64,000 nucleotides of DNA, from NCBI GenBank assembly GCA_004764695.1, contig SMSO01000034.1:558001-622000 (forward strand). The letters are read 5' to 3'. A program made the translations under genes and the position numbers. Positions 26,154 to 39,401 of the stretch are shown here, one piece after another; the first letter of the stretch is position 1; each line of letters begins with the position of its first letter. The stretch is from Schizochytrium sp. TIO01 (taxonomy: Eukaryota; Protista; Bigyra: Labyrinthulomycetes). The notes under the pieces were generated by a model that had not been told where the DNA came from, searched no databases, and worked only from the letters and a program-made list of their open reading frames with translations.

Positions 26154-29134
26154 TTTATTTTACTGTATTTTGTTTTATTTCAATTCTTTAATTTAATTTT
26201 ATTCTTAACTTCATTTTTCTGGCTGGCTAACAGTGAGTGGTCCTTTTCGCGCTGCTCCAGTTTCCTTCCTATCTGTCTGTTGTGCTTGCCAACAATTATT
26301 TATTTCCTCCTTCGTGGTGGTAAATGCAATAGCAAGTGCAAGGTTCTGTTTTTTAATTTGTAGGAACTTCAAAGTAAAAAATGAAAAAAAGAGTGGAAAA
26401 GACAAGAGAAAGGGGATCAAGTAATGCCAACAAGTGTGGCAGCGTTCGAGTGGATGGATGGATGATGATCTTCTATGTATCCTTGTGATTGGCTGATGAG
26501 AGACTTGAAAGACCCCGTCTCTCTATTCCACCTGAGATAGCCTCGCGGCGAGATTATAATTATGTCGATCGATGGTCAGCTTTTAAGCCAAAAAGATGTG
26601 CCATTACGCGGTTTGCATTCGGGTTGCATGCTGCGACATGGCATGGCATGGCGTAGGAATCGTAGATTCATCGCCGTTCGCACCACTCGCAAAACGAAGC
26701 GATTGTGAAGAAGTTTCCGTTTATGCATTTCTGTACATACCATTCATAGCGGAACAAAGACAACTCACCTAGTCTTTGTAAAAACTTGTGGCAGGCTCTC
26801 CTTTCCGCCGGAATAGCAGAACACAGTTACACAACAAAAGCAGCGATCGCAGGATGTTGGGATCCCGTTCGTCGCGTGGGCTCGCTGGGACTCTGACTTA
26901 TCTCTGCTGGAGGCGCCAAACGGGATACCGCAACTGCTGCTTGTATCCATATGGGACTCACATATGCTTATACGCACTTCAAACAGCCTATCGACACCTT
27001 TCCGAGTAGCCAACAACAACAAGTGAAAACATGTGAAGCTCCTTTCCCTGCGTGTATTATAACCACTTGCTTGTACTGGGACCTGCCTGCTAATGAAATC
27101 ATTAAGTCGGTTCAATAAAACTCAAAGGTAAGCTTGCTGAAAATGAAATGATTTTCAACAGAACAATATCAACGTCTAGACCCTCTCTCGATCGACAACG
27201 GAAACAGATGACGAGGAAAGAGGAATATATGCGAATGAATGAAGCCATCAACCCCCAAGTCTATCTTTTCCTTATCCTATTTTTCTTTTCTTTTTTCAAT
27301 GATTGATTTTTTGTTTCCAAAGTTAATTTCTGTTATAGTGATCTGAAAGAGGAAGAAAAAGAAGCGATGAAGTGATAGATATCAGGTTTCATTGACACTT
27401 TGTTTCGCCCAGCAGCATTGAGCAGGCGCGCGCCCTTTCTATCGTGAACCTTGCGGCCAATCGTTGAAAAACAGAAGACGCAAAAGGCAAAAGGTAGATG
27501 TATGATAACAGGCACGCGTATCGCTTACTTTCTCGCCCGCACTCCACGTTCTGCTCAACCGTGTTCGGGTTATATTACTATTATTTTATATCCCGTATCC
27601 CGTCTTCGGCGACGAAGAAGCTTATTTTTTCCATTTTTATCGCCAGTTCCTTTTTATTTTTTAAAAACATAAGATGAAATACTTTGTAATTAATTAAAGT
27701 TGCTACTTCTTTTTCTTCAAGGGGATCAATAAATTAGAAAAGAATGCGACACTACTTACTTACAGCTCTATATGTTTGTTTAGGCAGGGTAAACGAGCTT
27801 GCCCTCAACAAGGACATACACAAACAAATGGAAGCCAAGATTGGACAAAACAAAACAAACGTAGAAGTTGAGCAAATCAAGCGAGGAGCCCAAGCCAGTT
27901 CATCTTGGCAACGGAAACGAGCACATCCATCGGACCAGCTCAAACCAAACAAAACAGCGACAATTTTCTCTATTATAAGAACACCAAACCTGGTCCATTC
28001 GCCAATTGATCCTTCTTTCGCCCAGTCATTCATTGATTACCTGCTATTTCACTCATTCTCATCTCTAAAATACATTTATGTACAAAGATATATTCTTTCA
28101 ATTTTCAAATTCAATTGGAGTGAACAGCTTAAATGAAAAGATCGATTCCCAGGACACAAGGCCCACTTCAGCAGCCAGCCACCTGTTCTTTGCTTGCTCC
28201 CATCCAAGTCAGCAAGAACAGAACAAAAGCAGGCCGCCTAAAGCCTGTGAGTGGGAAGGGACGAACGCCTGTGAGGACTTCTTGTGAGCTTTGACCCTGG
28301 CGTGCACTCGAGTCGGCCGCCAACGGTCGCTCGCTGGCGGAGCCGTGCACTAGGGTAAAGCATAGGAGGCAGTCGGCGCCGGTCCGGGAAATCGACCAAG
28401 GGTTGAGGGTGAGAAGAAAGATGGAGAAGAAAGAGCCAACGAATAAATAATAATTAAATGAATAGCTAGAATCAAAGAATGGAAGGAAAGGAGGAGGGCT
28501 TCGTTGGGTGGCAACTATTGAAGAGTTTGTGCCTCGTGACGGTGCCAAGTTTCCCTGCTCTATGGCGTTTGTGTGCGGCCGAGGGGATTGATTGATCACC
28601 TGAGAAGCCCTGTCCGTATGAGATGATGGATGGACAAAATTGTTGGGGCGGGCTTCCTGCTAATCAGCAGACGGGTAGGCAGGTAGCTAACTAGACCAGG
28701 CTCCTCCAGAATGACTAACGAAAGGAGGAGAGCGGAGCCTTCACTCACCAAAGAGTCTTACCTCAAACCCTGAGCCCTAACTAGGACAAACTCATTGCTC
28801 GCTTTGCATATTTATTTTCGATTGATTAAAAGAAATCAAAATTGAAAAATGAAATATTATCAGATTATTATCATCTCCCTATATTTGAATATACAGTGAG
28901 TGAGTGGTCTTTCACAAGCGATTAGAAGAGAGGCGGCAGCGTCTTTCATTCCAGACTTGATATAGTATCTCACTTACCTGCGCGCTTGTTCGTAGTAGTT
29001 GCCCACGCGTATTCCTACCAATTGCCTATCGGTTATAATCTTCGCCAAAGAAATAGGTTCTACAGCAACGATGGCAATCAACAATTTTGGGAGCTTGACT
29101 GACTTCTTTCTGTTCTTCTTCTCAGTGCGAGGCC

Positions 29135-29135
<1 letters not shown>

Positions 29136-29213
<78 letters not shown>
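29136..29213. repeat. (TGCT)n microsatellite
   Basis: About 19 perfect units. Confidence 0.97.
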
Positions 29214-29215
<2 letters not shown>

Positions 29216-32200
29216 ATAAGCCAGTACCTGGGTACGGGTTGTTGAAACGCCGAGGAGGAGAGAGCAAAGGCCTCTGCTTTGCGAGAGAGCGCGATCGCTC
29301 TTCCGGGCGAACCTCGAGGATAAAGGGCAGAAGAACTGGTCGAATAATCGATTGAAAGCCACTCAAGCGCAATGGACGGAGCTGTTGCTGTGGCTGTGAG
29401 TGTGATTGAATTGAGAGTTTGTGAGGGTGAGTGAGTGTATGTGTGGGAGGGAGTGTGAAAGCCACGCTCAGCCATCTCGAGAAAGAACTTTGAACATCGT
29501 GCGACGAGAAGAAGAACCGCACGCCGAGAGGCACTGCGATGCTTCTCGAGGTCGGCGAGGGGAGGTTCTTGCGAGGTAGGTGCCTGGGTAGGTGGGTAGA
29601 AGGTACCCAGGTGCGTGCAGGGACTTCGAAGCGAACCGCAAGGAGCCACGTGTCTCTGGAGATGAGATGACGGGGAACGAGCGGTGCTTCTTTCTTATTG
29701 CTTACTTACTTACTTACTTACTTTCTTTCTTTCTTTCTACTTTCTTTCTACTTTCTTTCTCGTTAACCGCAACAAGACGAATCTATAAGAGAGCTAGCTA
29801 GCTAACTGAGCTGTTTAGCGCTGTTTCGCGCCGCGTGGCTGTGGTTCCCTGCGACTTGGACACGCAATGCAATGCTCATTGCTGCTGCTTCGAGGAGGAG
29901 GTCCTTCTTAAGATCCAACCCATGGCATCCAAGCAGGCGAAGGAGTCGGGAAAGAGGCGTCTTTCACTCAGGAGACCATGAAAGACGCGACCTGCCGTTT
30001 CTCAAGATAGCCCTGCACTTTTTGTTGTTGTTGTTGTTGTTTTTGTTGTTGTTGTTGCTTTTGTTATTGCTGCTCTCGCTCGCATGCGCGAAAGAAGTAA
30101 ATGCAGACACGCAGCGCTATGGATTCTATGCGATCGCCGCCTCCGCTCTCGGTCAGAAGACGTGAAGAACCATGCACGCATCGACGCGGTTACGGCTCCC
30201 GAATCGAAGCGTCGTATACTCTGGAGAAGAGATCTTTAGGTTTATGGAGTACAATCAATAACACAAAGCACGCTCTTCGTGATTTCTCATCGAACGATAG
30301 CTGCACAAAGCGAGGCATCTCGAGCCAAGTGAATGAATGAGTTCTTATGGCGCTGGCCGTCTCAAGGAGAGAATCTCAACTGCCTCGCACGCGGGGAGGG
30401 TCCAGGCTAACGAGGCATCCCCGTACCGTAAAGCAGATCCGAGAGAGCAGCACAGCTGATCAATAGCGAGTTACTTCCTTCCATTGCGTCGAGCATTGCG
30501 TGAGCCATTCCTTGCTTTGGTCCTCTTCTTTCGATCACTCAGTCACTCACTCATTAGTCTGTTTGAAAGTTATACTCCCTCCTACATTTGCTTCAATTTT
30601 AAAAATTTAATTTAGAAAAGAAAAGAAAAGAACTGGTAAGCAAAAGAACATTTTTGTTGGTCTCGGTTTCCTCAAAGCTCCACTCGCACAACAAGAGGAA
30701 GTGGCACAGATGTGAGCTGCTGATGCATCCCCGCAGCTTCCAGGAAGTTACCAGCAATTGCGCTATGAAGCCCTAGAGCCGTCTGTGCCTCGCGCCCCAC
30801 AGTGGGCTGGTGAATCATCAACAGACAGCCTCTCAGGCCTGCCCTGAGTTCTTCCTGATCCGCCGGAGTACTACTACTGTGAATGTTATGAAAGACACGC
30901 TCCGCGAGACGCTTCAAAAGCCTCCTTCGAAAGGTGAAAAGCAAACATGGCGAAAGGGTGTCGAGGAGGAGGGCCGTACCTCCCTCCGCGAGGTTGGTGA
31001 ACTGCTACGCTAAGGAGGCGATCGAGCGCCTCGTGCAATGGCCCAAGGGTGCCCAAGGCAGAAAGTGAGGCGCAAGTTCACTGGTTCAGGTTTTTATTTT
31101 ATTTTCGAACATGGGTGTCTTTCCTCGTCCTTCTTACTCTGTTTAATTACGAAAAACAAGATATCATATACTAAAAATATAATAAGAATATGGCAAGTTG
31201 ACCACGGACACTAGTATATATATATAAATTAAATATATAATTAAATATTTTACAAAAATACTGGAATGGCATGGAAAGGCTCTGAGCTTTCTGACTTCTT
31301 TCTATAAATTCATTGGGCAGCCGAAGAAGACCAAACTGAACGCCGCAAGCTTGGGATAGGTAGAGACTACAGCAAGCGAAGCAGGCGAGTGAGTCGTGAG
31401 GTCAACTGGCGGCCTCTCTCTCCCTCTCTCCCCCAGGCCACTTTGTGGAGTATCTCTCTGTCCTCGCTTCCTCGCCCTTCGCTCATGTTGGCTTGAAGCA
31501 CAAAATTGACGCACAGACTTGTGGCCAACAGAGCAAAGTTTCTGCTCACAAGCCAACTTTCATTGCAACTTATTTTTATTTTTAATTTATTTTAACTTAT
31601 TTGCTAATAAGAAAAGGAAAGGAATTTAATTCAATCCCAACGAGTCTGCGCCAACAGCATGCATGATTTTACTATGAACACAAAATAAATAAATAAAAAA
31701 TAGATGAATAATAAATAAATAAATTAATTAATATATGCGAATACGCTCCGAGTAAAGAGGATCAATTACTGGACAATCGCAGCTTTTCGAGGAAGGAAGC
31801 CCATTCCGTGGTCGACTCGCAGGCAATCGAAGCGACACTCACTCAGACGGCTTGAGTCCAAAGGTTGCATACATATGCATGCATGCAAGCACGCATGTAA
31901 TTAGTCAAGATTTGGCCATGGCAAAGGAGTGCGTTGAATTCTTCGATTCGAGTTCCCTTTTGCAACCACAACCCTGTGCTTCCAGTCCTCTCGCTGCCCG
32001 AGAGTTTCCTAATAGTAGTATCAGATACCCAAGAGAAAGGCGCAAGAGCGAAGACTAAGCCTCTGTAGAAGCTACTGTAGGAGCGACTCAAAGGGCGCTC
32101 TCCCAAGAAGAAAAGAAAGGCTGCCTGTCTTTCACCCCTCCTTAGCCTCCCGTAGCCAAGCTTAGAAAGCCCTGTCCCGAATCTCAGACTTCCTTGACAT

Positions 32201-33040
32201 ATGTAATTAATTGGCTAGCTACCAAACTACCAGCCTACCACCTAAGAATACCTACTTCTTCTGACAAGAAAGGTTTTAGTTTAGTTTTTAAAAAATATAA
32301 AAAACATTATTATTTTAAGAGAAGAAAAGAAAAGAAAAGAAAACTTTATACGTACTCATAGCGACGTCTTTACTTTACAATTTGTATGTAAGAAAATAAG
32401 AATTATTGATAAGAACAAGTCAAGTCAACCAAAGAAAAAGTGAAGAGCAGAGACTGCGAGTTTCCGCTCGCTCCAGTATCATCGATTGATCCGCTGTCAT
32501 AGTCCAACAAACAAACTTCTTGCGATCGGGCAGTTCCCCTCATTATCATCTTTCCCACTTTAACACCATAAGTCCTCAGCATAGGCGGTGCTCTTTCATT
32601 CGCCGCCCAATCTGTTCCTCTACATGTTTTCCTGTATTTCGTTTCTTTAAATTTTAAAAAATCGAACAGAATACGCCTAAAGTACTATGTACCAGCCCGT
32701 ATAAAAGAAAGGGAAAGAAGGTACCTGGTTTTATTTTATTTTATTTCATTTCTTTTTCTTTTTTTTTAAATCTGTCTCCTCTCTTCGCATAAGGCAAGAG
32801 GCCAAAACCAAACAAAACGAGATAGAGAACAGAGAACAAAACAAAAGAGAACAAGCCTGAGAGGGCCAGAACTTCGCCGCTGTCCTCGCAGAAGACCGAG
32901 CTCATGGAGGCTGCAGCGGCAGACTCAGCCCTTTCTCCGCCAATCTACGCATATAAGCAGCTCCGACGGATGGGTTGACGGATCCCCTGACGCATCGACT
33001 GACCGGAAAGGAACCTTTGCAGCACCATCGCTTCGAACAG

Positions 33041-33280
33041 TACATTCCATTCCATTCCATTCCATTCCATTACATTCCATTACATTACATAACATTCCAT
33101 TACATTACATAACATTCCATTACATTCCATTACATTACATTACATTACATTACATTACATTACATTACATTCCATTACATTACATTACATAACATTACAT
33201 TCATACATACATACATACATACATACATACATACATACATACATACATACATACATACATACATACATACATACATACAT
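33041..33280. repeat. Compound (ATTCC/ATTAC)n pentamer array followed by (ACAT)n
   Basis: Pentamers at 33041-~33203 and tetramers at ~33203-33280. Confidence 0.97.
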
Positions 33281-36200
33281 GTATGTGCGTGCCTACGCAC
33301 TACCTAGAGGAAACAATAGGGAACATGGGCTTGAGAGGTTGTTAGTCCTACTATAGGGGCTCAGGAACTTGGCCTCTCTCGCCTCTGCTGGAGCCGGGAG
33401 AAAGGAGGAGAGGTCAGGTTTCCTCGCGGCCCAGCCCCTGGAGAACGCGAGGATGCGCTAACGCACGCGAGCGAGCGTACCCACGCATCTCTCCTGGCCC
33501 CGTGCGGGCACGGCTCGAGGTTTCCTCAGGACGAGGTCAACGGGTCTTTCATGGCTTTCTTTCTTTCTTTATCCTCTTCATCGCCCTTTTCAATTAATGA
33601 ATTAATTCATGAATTAATTAACTGCGATGCTACGTGCGTCTACGCTTGAAAGACCCGCTGGTCTTTCAAAGCCCTCTCGACATAGCCGCAGCAGTAGCAG
33701 TCCGTAGCACTCTCTTCTTTCTGGCCTTCAGCTCACCGTGAATGCCTTCATTTGATGAGATTGCAATTCGTGAGATTTTGCGAAGGAATGGAGCAATGCA
33801 GCGATGGATGGATGGGTGAGTGAATGAAGGGATGAACGAAGGAATGCACGTCGATCGAAGGAGACGACGCCGGCTCTGATGAAGGAACCTCGATCCCCTG
33901 CGCGATTCACGAGGAGGCCCTCCCATGGCAAAGCAGGGATATCTATATAATCAATATAATATATAAGTATGTATGTATGTATGCAAGACCTTCAAGGACA
34001 TGTCCTCTCAGCACGGTTCTTTGTTTGTTTGGGTGATTTATAATCGCTGTAGCAGCAGCAAGCATGCCGAGAAGCAAGCCATCAGCCGCAGCGACCGGTT
34101 GTCCTTTTTGTATGCTTCTGTCTTATCTGCTGTAGCTGGGGCGAGCTTTCTAAAGTTCTCTCCAAAACTGCGATCAATGCTTTTGCGATCAGTATTAGGC
34201 ACTGGTAATGAAGTTAGCCTCACAGTAGTCTGACCATGGGATTGATAGATAGCGAGGAAGCAAGGCAGAGCAAAGCAAAGCAAAGGGAAGAGGAAGCGCA
34301 GACGTTGAAGAGAGAGCGAGGGACCCGAAGAAGCTTCCGCCTTTTGGACACACAGCGCTGGCGATAGGGACGAAGCAGCGGAAAGCAGAAAGCAGAAAGC
34401 AGGCGAAGTTCACGCGATGAATGAAAGAATGAATGAATGAATTAACAAATGGGAGCGTAGGTGAGGAGGCCTCGCGAGGACATCAGAAGTGGAGGCAGTC
34501 AATCCAGCTGTTCCCCTTTTTCTTTCCTCTCTGCTGTAAGAAAGAATATGATCTACCCTTGAAAGTTTTTTTATTCATTAATATTTATTTCATATTATAT
34601 TTTAGTTATTTAATGAAGTACATATTTTGCTTTATTTGCGAGGGGAGGCGCTAGGAAGTGGCTAGTTCTCTGAAAATGAAAGATTATGTAAGGGATGTTG
34701 GCGTTTATTTTGTCTTTTGTTTGTTTCAATAATATAGGCTCGCTAAACTGCGATGTTATTTCTTTCACTTCGCTACTTAGTTCTTTCTCTACGCAGACAG
34801 AGGAGAGAAGAAGGAAATATGGGAAAGTGTACGTAAACAGTAAACAGAGAGAGGAGAGAGGCTTCCTTACCTTAAAAAAGCAAGCAAAACTTATTAGACG
34901 TCGTGGATATATAGCACCAATGAGGTTATATTCATCTCATGAACGCCACGGAGTTGCGAATATTGCGGATGCTGGCCCCGCCCATAATCGGCAGAGGGCT
35001 CCTCAGAGCTGTTCATCGACAGCTGAGCGCAGACCCTTTCGCCACACGAAGTAGTTTGTTCCTTATGAAGTAAAAAGGAAAGCAGGCAGGTGTTGTCTAT
35101 CTATTCATCTATATTTTCGAAACTTAATTTATCAAGAACAATAATGATTAACTAAGCAGTTTCTTTGAAGCTAAAAGTAAAAATATGATATTAATGAGGA
35201 GGTGGGTGGCGTTTTCTTTTGAAGACGCTAAAGAGGAAGCTTCCCCCTTCTTTTGGGATTATGAGCCAATACCGCGAGGCTTTACAGAGGAGCAGCACAA
35301 GCGAAGAAGGAGAACTAAACCAAAGCAGAGCAGAGCAAAAACTTAGCGAATAAAACAATTACCCATCGATTTGAGGCAACACCTGCAAAACAACGCGACC
35401 AGGTTGAATTAAGAAGCAGTATAAAAGAAACCAAAACGGATTTTTATTAAGAGAAATACCCACTGAAGGAGGAGGCGGGAAGGAAAAGATTTAAGTAAGG
35501 TGAAAGGAGGGCGAAAAAACAGACAGACAGTGTTTCATTGAAAGATCGAGGGACTGAAAATCTGACTGACTGTTTCTTTAGTCTTTTTTTATTCTTTCTT
35601 TCAGATGTTCTTTGACTGTTCTTTTGAACAGGGGAGTTGTCTGATAAAACACTTTCTTTTAAAGCAAAAAGCAAACAAACAAACAGAATTAAAAAATATA
35701 TATGTGTATAGTAAACCTCATCTAAGTTTTTAAAAAGAAAAAGTTTTTTTTTTGTAATGAGTAGAGGGAGCTGGGAAAGAGAGAGTCAGTCGGAGGAGAG
35801 ACGTCGTGCCAAACAGACAGACACAGACAGACACAGGGAAACAATAGGAGAGGAAGAGCGAAGCGAAGAAGTAAGCGGATTCTTTTAAGATTAGAAAGAA
35901 AAGACAGAAAAAGAAAAAGCATAGAAAATGAGTTTGAAGTGGACCCACTAAGGGTAGTCGCTGAACTTGGAGGAGAGAGGAAACAGCTCCAATGAAGACT
36001 AAAGAAAGAAACAGTATCAGAAAGATAAAATACCTCAGCATGTTGGCTTGCTACCCGCCTAAGGCGGACTAGCTGGCCCATTGGCGGAGCCAGGGAGCCT
36101 GTTTCAACATTTTCATATTTTGTATTTTTTTAATTTTTTGAAATGGTATGGACAGATGAATAATTATTAAAATAAAATGGAAGTCGGCATGAAAAAGAAC

Positions 36201-36503
36201 AAAATAAAAGTGTGAAAAGGGGGCTCTTAGAAGTAGGTAGTTCGAACTTCCTTTCTTTGCGGACATAATTATTTAATTGAAAAACTAATAGAAAGAAAAG
36301 AAAGAAAGGAAAGAAGAAAGAAGCAGCAAACATCAAATAGCGATCAGGCGGTCTCGGCGAGCGCAGGGCCCTCGCTGCCGACGCCTCGCCTCGCCGCAAA
36401 CTCCCTTGCAGCACGGCTCGCCCCTGGAGGGTGAAGGCTTGCTTAAGCAAACCAAAGCAGGAGACTCACTCCTGCAAACAACTATCAGACACAACCGCAC
36501 GGT

Positions 36504-38465
36504 ATGCAGAGCCCCGGCCTGCGCGAAGAAGCCTCCAACCAGCTGGCCCCCCTGAGGCGGCCCAGGCCCATCGCGCGCTCTCCAACTCAGACGCAAACCC
36601 AAACCCAAACACAGGTGCCGACCTCACCCTCGTCATCGTCGTCGTGCTCGTCGGGATCCTCCACGTCGACCTCGTCCGGAACCTTCTCCACTATGTTCGC
36701 AGATCCCAAAGAAAAATCGGCAGTGATCAGCTCATCCTCGAAAAAACAGTCGTCAAGAGGTATGGTCGCAGAGGAAAAAGACATGTCCGCGTCTTCGACC
36801 TCGTCCTCAATTTCCTCATCCTCGCCCTCACTGGCCTCGCGTCACATTGAACAAACCATCCAGCAAAATAACCTTGATTTGCTCCTCCCACGCCCGTATT
36901 CCCCTGTCTCTTCTCTGGATACCGGCGCGATCTCCGCAACATCTTCAAGATGCAACTCAGTGCTAGACAGAGCGGTCGATAGCTCAGACGAATTGGATAA
37001 CGAAGATAGCGGATCGGAGCGTGTTATTATGCCCAACGAAACGAGACCCTCACAAGAGTCCAGACCGGGCCGCTCCAGACCTAGACCCGAAGGACTCTGG
37101 GTCAACACCAAATCTAGCAGCTCGAGTGAAAGCAGTCCCCAACAGCAGCAACAACAACAGCAACAAAACGGCGCCGCGGTCAACGTTCTCGCGCAAGACG
37201 CCGAGGTGCCTGAGTCGGAAGAGTCTTTTGACGCTGACACACTCGAGATGATGATGATGATGCACGAAGGCGATCAAAACAACACTAAAAATAATAACAA
37301 ACACTACACTCACAACAGCGCCGATGATGATGACTTCTCTATTGAAGAAGATCAGAAGGAGCGTGAAGAGGATGAGAACGAAGACGTTGAGCAGGAGGAA
37401 GTACTCCACCTTGGAGCAGGCGACAGCTTCCCGACAGCTCTAGTCCAGGAGGAGATTATTGCCTCCAATTCTGGTGCATCAAGAGCTGGAATTGCTACTT
37501 CTGAGCCTACCTCATCACAGCGCACCCTCGTGGCGCTTCAAGGACTTGGATCCGAGGACCTTCAAGGTACCTACGGCCAAGTCTCCTTGGTGGAGCGTTC
37601 AAGACTGCGCAGCATCCTCAGCCCAGACTACACGGTAAGCGGAATTCAAGGAAGCTGCCCCCTGGTCGTCGTTAAATCTGTGCCACTCTCACCTCGTAAA
37701 TCTGCTCAGCACGGCAGGTCAGAACTCGCCGTCCTCGAGCAGATGTTACACGAGGAATCTGAAAACATTGTCAAATTAGAATTTGCACGAATCATCGATA
37801 ATCATGCCATTCTCGTCCTCGAGTACTGTGAACAGGGTGACCTTTACAGCGTATGGGGATGTGAACCGCTCCGTACTTCAGAACACCTTGTCATCCTCGC
37901 CGATATTGCACAGGGCCTCGCATGCCTGCACAGACACAACATAATTCACGGTGACCTCAAACCGGAAAACATTGGCATTTCCAGACACGGAACTGCCAAG
38001 CTTCTCGACTTCGGTCTTTCCACCGAACTCAAACCGAACAAGCACTATAATCCGCAAAACGGACGCCTTGAGTGCGTTACTCAGTCTGGTACTTTGGCCT
38101 ACGCTGCTCCCGAGATCTTCAAGCGCCGCCCCCATGGTACAGAAACAGACTGGTGGTCCTTTGCCGTGCTTGTTTACGAGGCACTCTTTGCCACCTGGCC
38201 ATGGCAACACGAGGACCCTAACATTATGTGTGATCTCATCTGTCAGGCACCCGTGGAGGTCCCCGACTTTCTTGAGACTCGTGAGTCCGAACGGACTCCT
38301 ATGGCTCTACGAACATTTTTTGCCGCCAGCTTCCGCAAGTCCCCAAATGGCCGCCTTGGCTACTCTCTTGGTTTCGAAGAAATTCAAACCAGCCGTTTCT
38401 GGGAGGCCCTTGCACCCTGGTGGAGGTGGGATCATGCTACTGCGTACGGAAGTGCATCCTGGTAA
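36504..38465 (+). CDS. Ser/Thr protein kinase, AGC-like, non-RD, with long low-complexity N-terminus (653 aa)
   Basis: C-terminal kinase domain: GTYGQV loop, VVVK lysine, alphaC Glu (RSELAVL), VLEYCEQGDL hinge, HGDLKPEN, DFG, SGTLAYAAPE, DWWSFAVLVYE, RLG..GFEEIQ (AGC-like). The N-terminal ~340 aa are Ser-rich, poly-Q and acidic. The start codon could be a later ATG. Confidence 0.93.
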   Translation: MQSPGLREEASNQLAPLRRPRPIARSPTQTQTQTQTQVPTSPSSSSSCSSGSSTSTSSGTFSTMFADPKEKSAVISSSSKKQSSRGMVAEEKDMSASSTSSSISSSSPSLASRHIEQTIQQNNLDLLLPRPYSPVSSLDTGAISATSSRCNSVLDRAVDSSDELDNEDSGSERVIMPNETRPSQESRPGRSRPRPEGLWVNTKSSSSSESSPQQQQQQQQQNGAAVNVLAQDAEVPESEESFDADTLEMMMMMHEGDQNNTKNNNKHYTHNSADDDDFSIEEDQKEREEDENEDVEQEEVLHLGAGDSFPTALVQEEIIASNSGASRAGIATSEPTSSQRTLVALQGLGSEDLQGTYGQVSLVERSRLRSILSPDYTVSGIQGSCPLVVVKSVPLSPRKSAQHGRSELAVLEQMLHEESENIVKLEFARIIDNHAILVLEYCEQGDLYSVWGCEPLRTSEHLVILADIAQGLACLHRHNIIHGDLKPENIGISRHGTAKLLDFGLSTELKPNKHYNPQNGRLECVTQSGTLAYAAPEIFKRRPHGTETDWWSFAVLVYEALFATWPWQHEDPNIMCDLICQAPVEVPDFLETRESERTPMALRTFFAASFRKSPNGRLGYSLGFEEIQTSRFWEALAPWWRWDHATAYGSASW

Positions 38466-39401
38466 GCAACAAGCACATACGAAGAGTAAAAAAGAATGCA
38501 TTTATTCTGAGAAGGTGCGTGCACTCACGCCTGCCAGCGTATCCTGCATCATCAAATTGTCTGTTCCCAGAGTTCTTCAGTGCATTGCTTACGAATATGC
38601 ACAATCATATCCACCATTTTATCAAGTTGAACGTCCACCGTGTATGTACCACAGGCAATGCCAAGTGTTCTTTGATACTACTATTCACCACCTCCGAAGA
38701 TTGAGCCGGTTAACTCTAGCCTACCCTTCACGTTCTTACTCTCTATTATTCTCAAATCCGCTCCACTACCTCACCTCCCTGTTGTCTATCCACCTTTTGC
38801 AAACGCACTCTACTCGCACTTTACATTGTTCTCCTGCCCTTTCAATTTTTTGCTTTCATTTTTTCTCTTCGCTTCGCACAATTAAACTGACCACAACCTG
38901 CCTGCAAAGCCAAGTATATTTTTATATCAACTGTGTATGAACCATTGCACGATTGCCATGATCTTATCATAAATATCTGAGCCTTATTCTATCATATTCC
39001 TTTCGTTTCTTAATCCAAATACGTATGCTTCCTCATGTATGGATGTACATCGCTATTGTCTGATGAATTGCGCTTGTTTGAAACCTGCTTGAGCATCATC
39101 TTTCTGTTTTCTAGCGTAGCTTTGATGGCAGGAACCGAGATGCAGGTGTCTCCTCAAACTCCTTCGGTACCACATTTCTCTTTACGAGCCTTACACAGGA
39201 ACCAATGCTTAGCTCCATGGAGACGCCCAGGCAAACTCTTTAAATCTTAGCCCAAGGGTGAGAAAGAAATGCGCATTGCCTAAACAACATCTCAAAAAGC
39301 AAAACATGACCATCCCATGAGGCAATTGAGGGAAAATAACAAATGAATATAAATGAAATTAGTGATGGGTAGGCAAGAATTCATATGTACGAAATTTGAA
39401 T

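Noticed and set aside
37951-38940. 329-aa + ORF overlapping the kinase in another frame
   Set aside because: Non-ATG start, no domain, and it runs into pyrimidine-rich 3' UTR-like sequence; a shadow of the kinase CDS.
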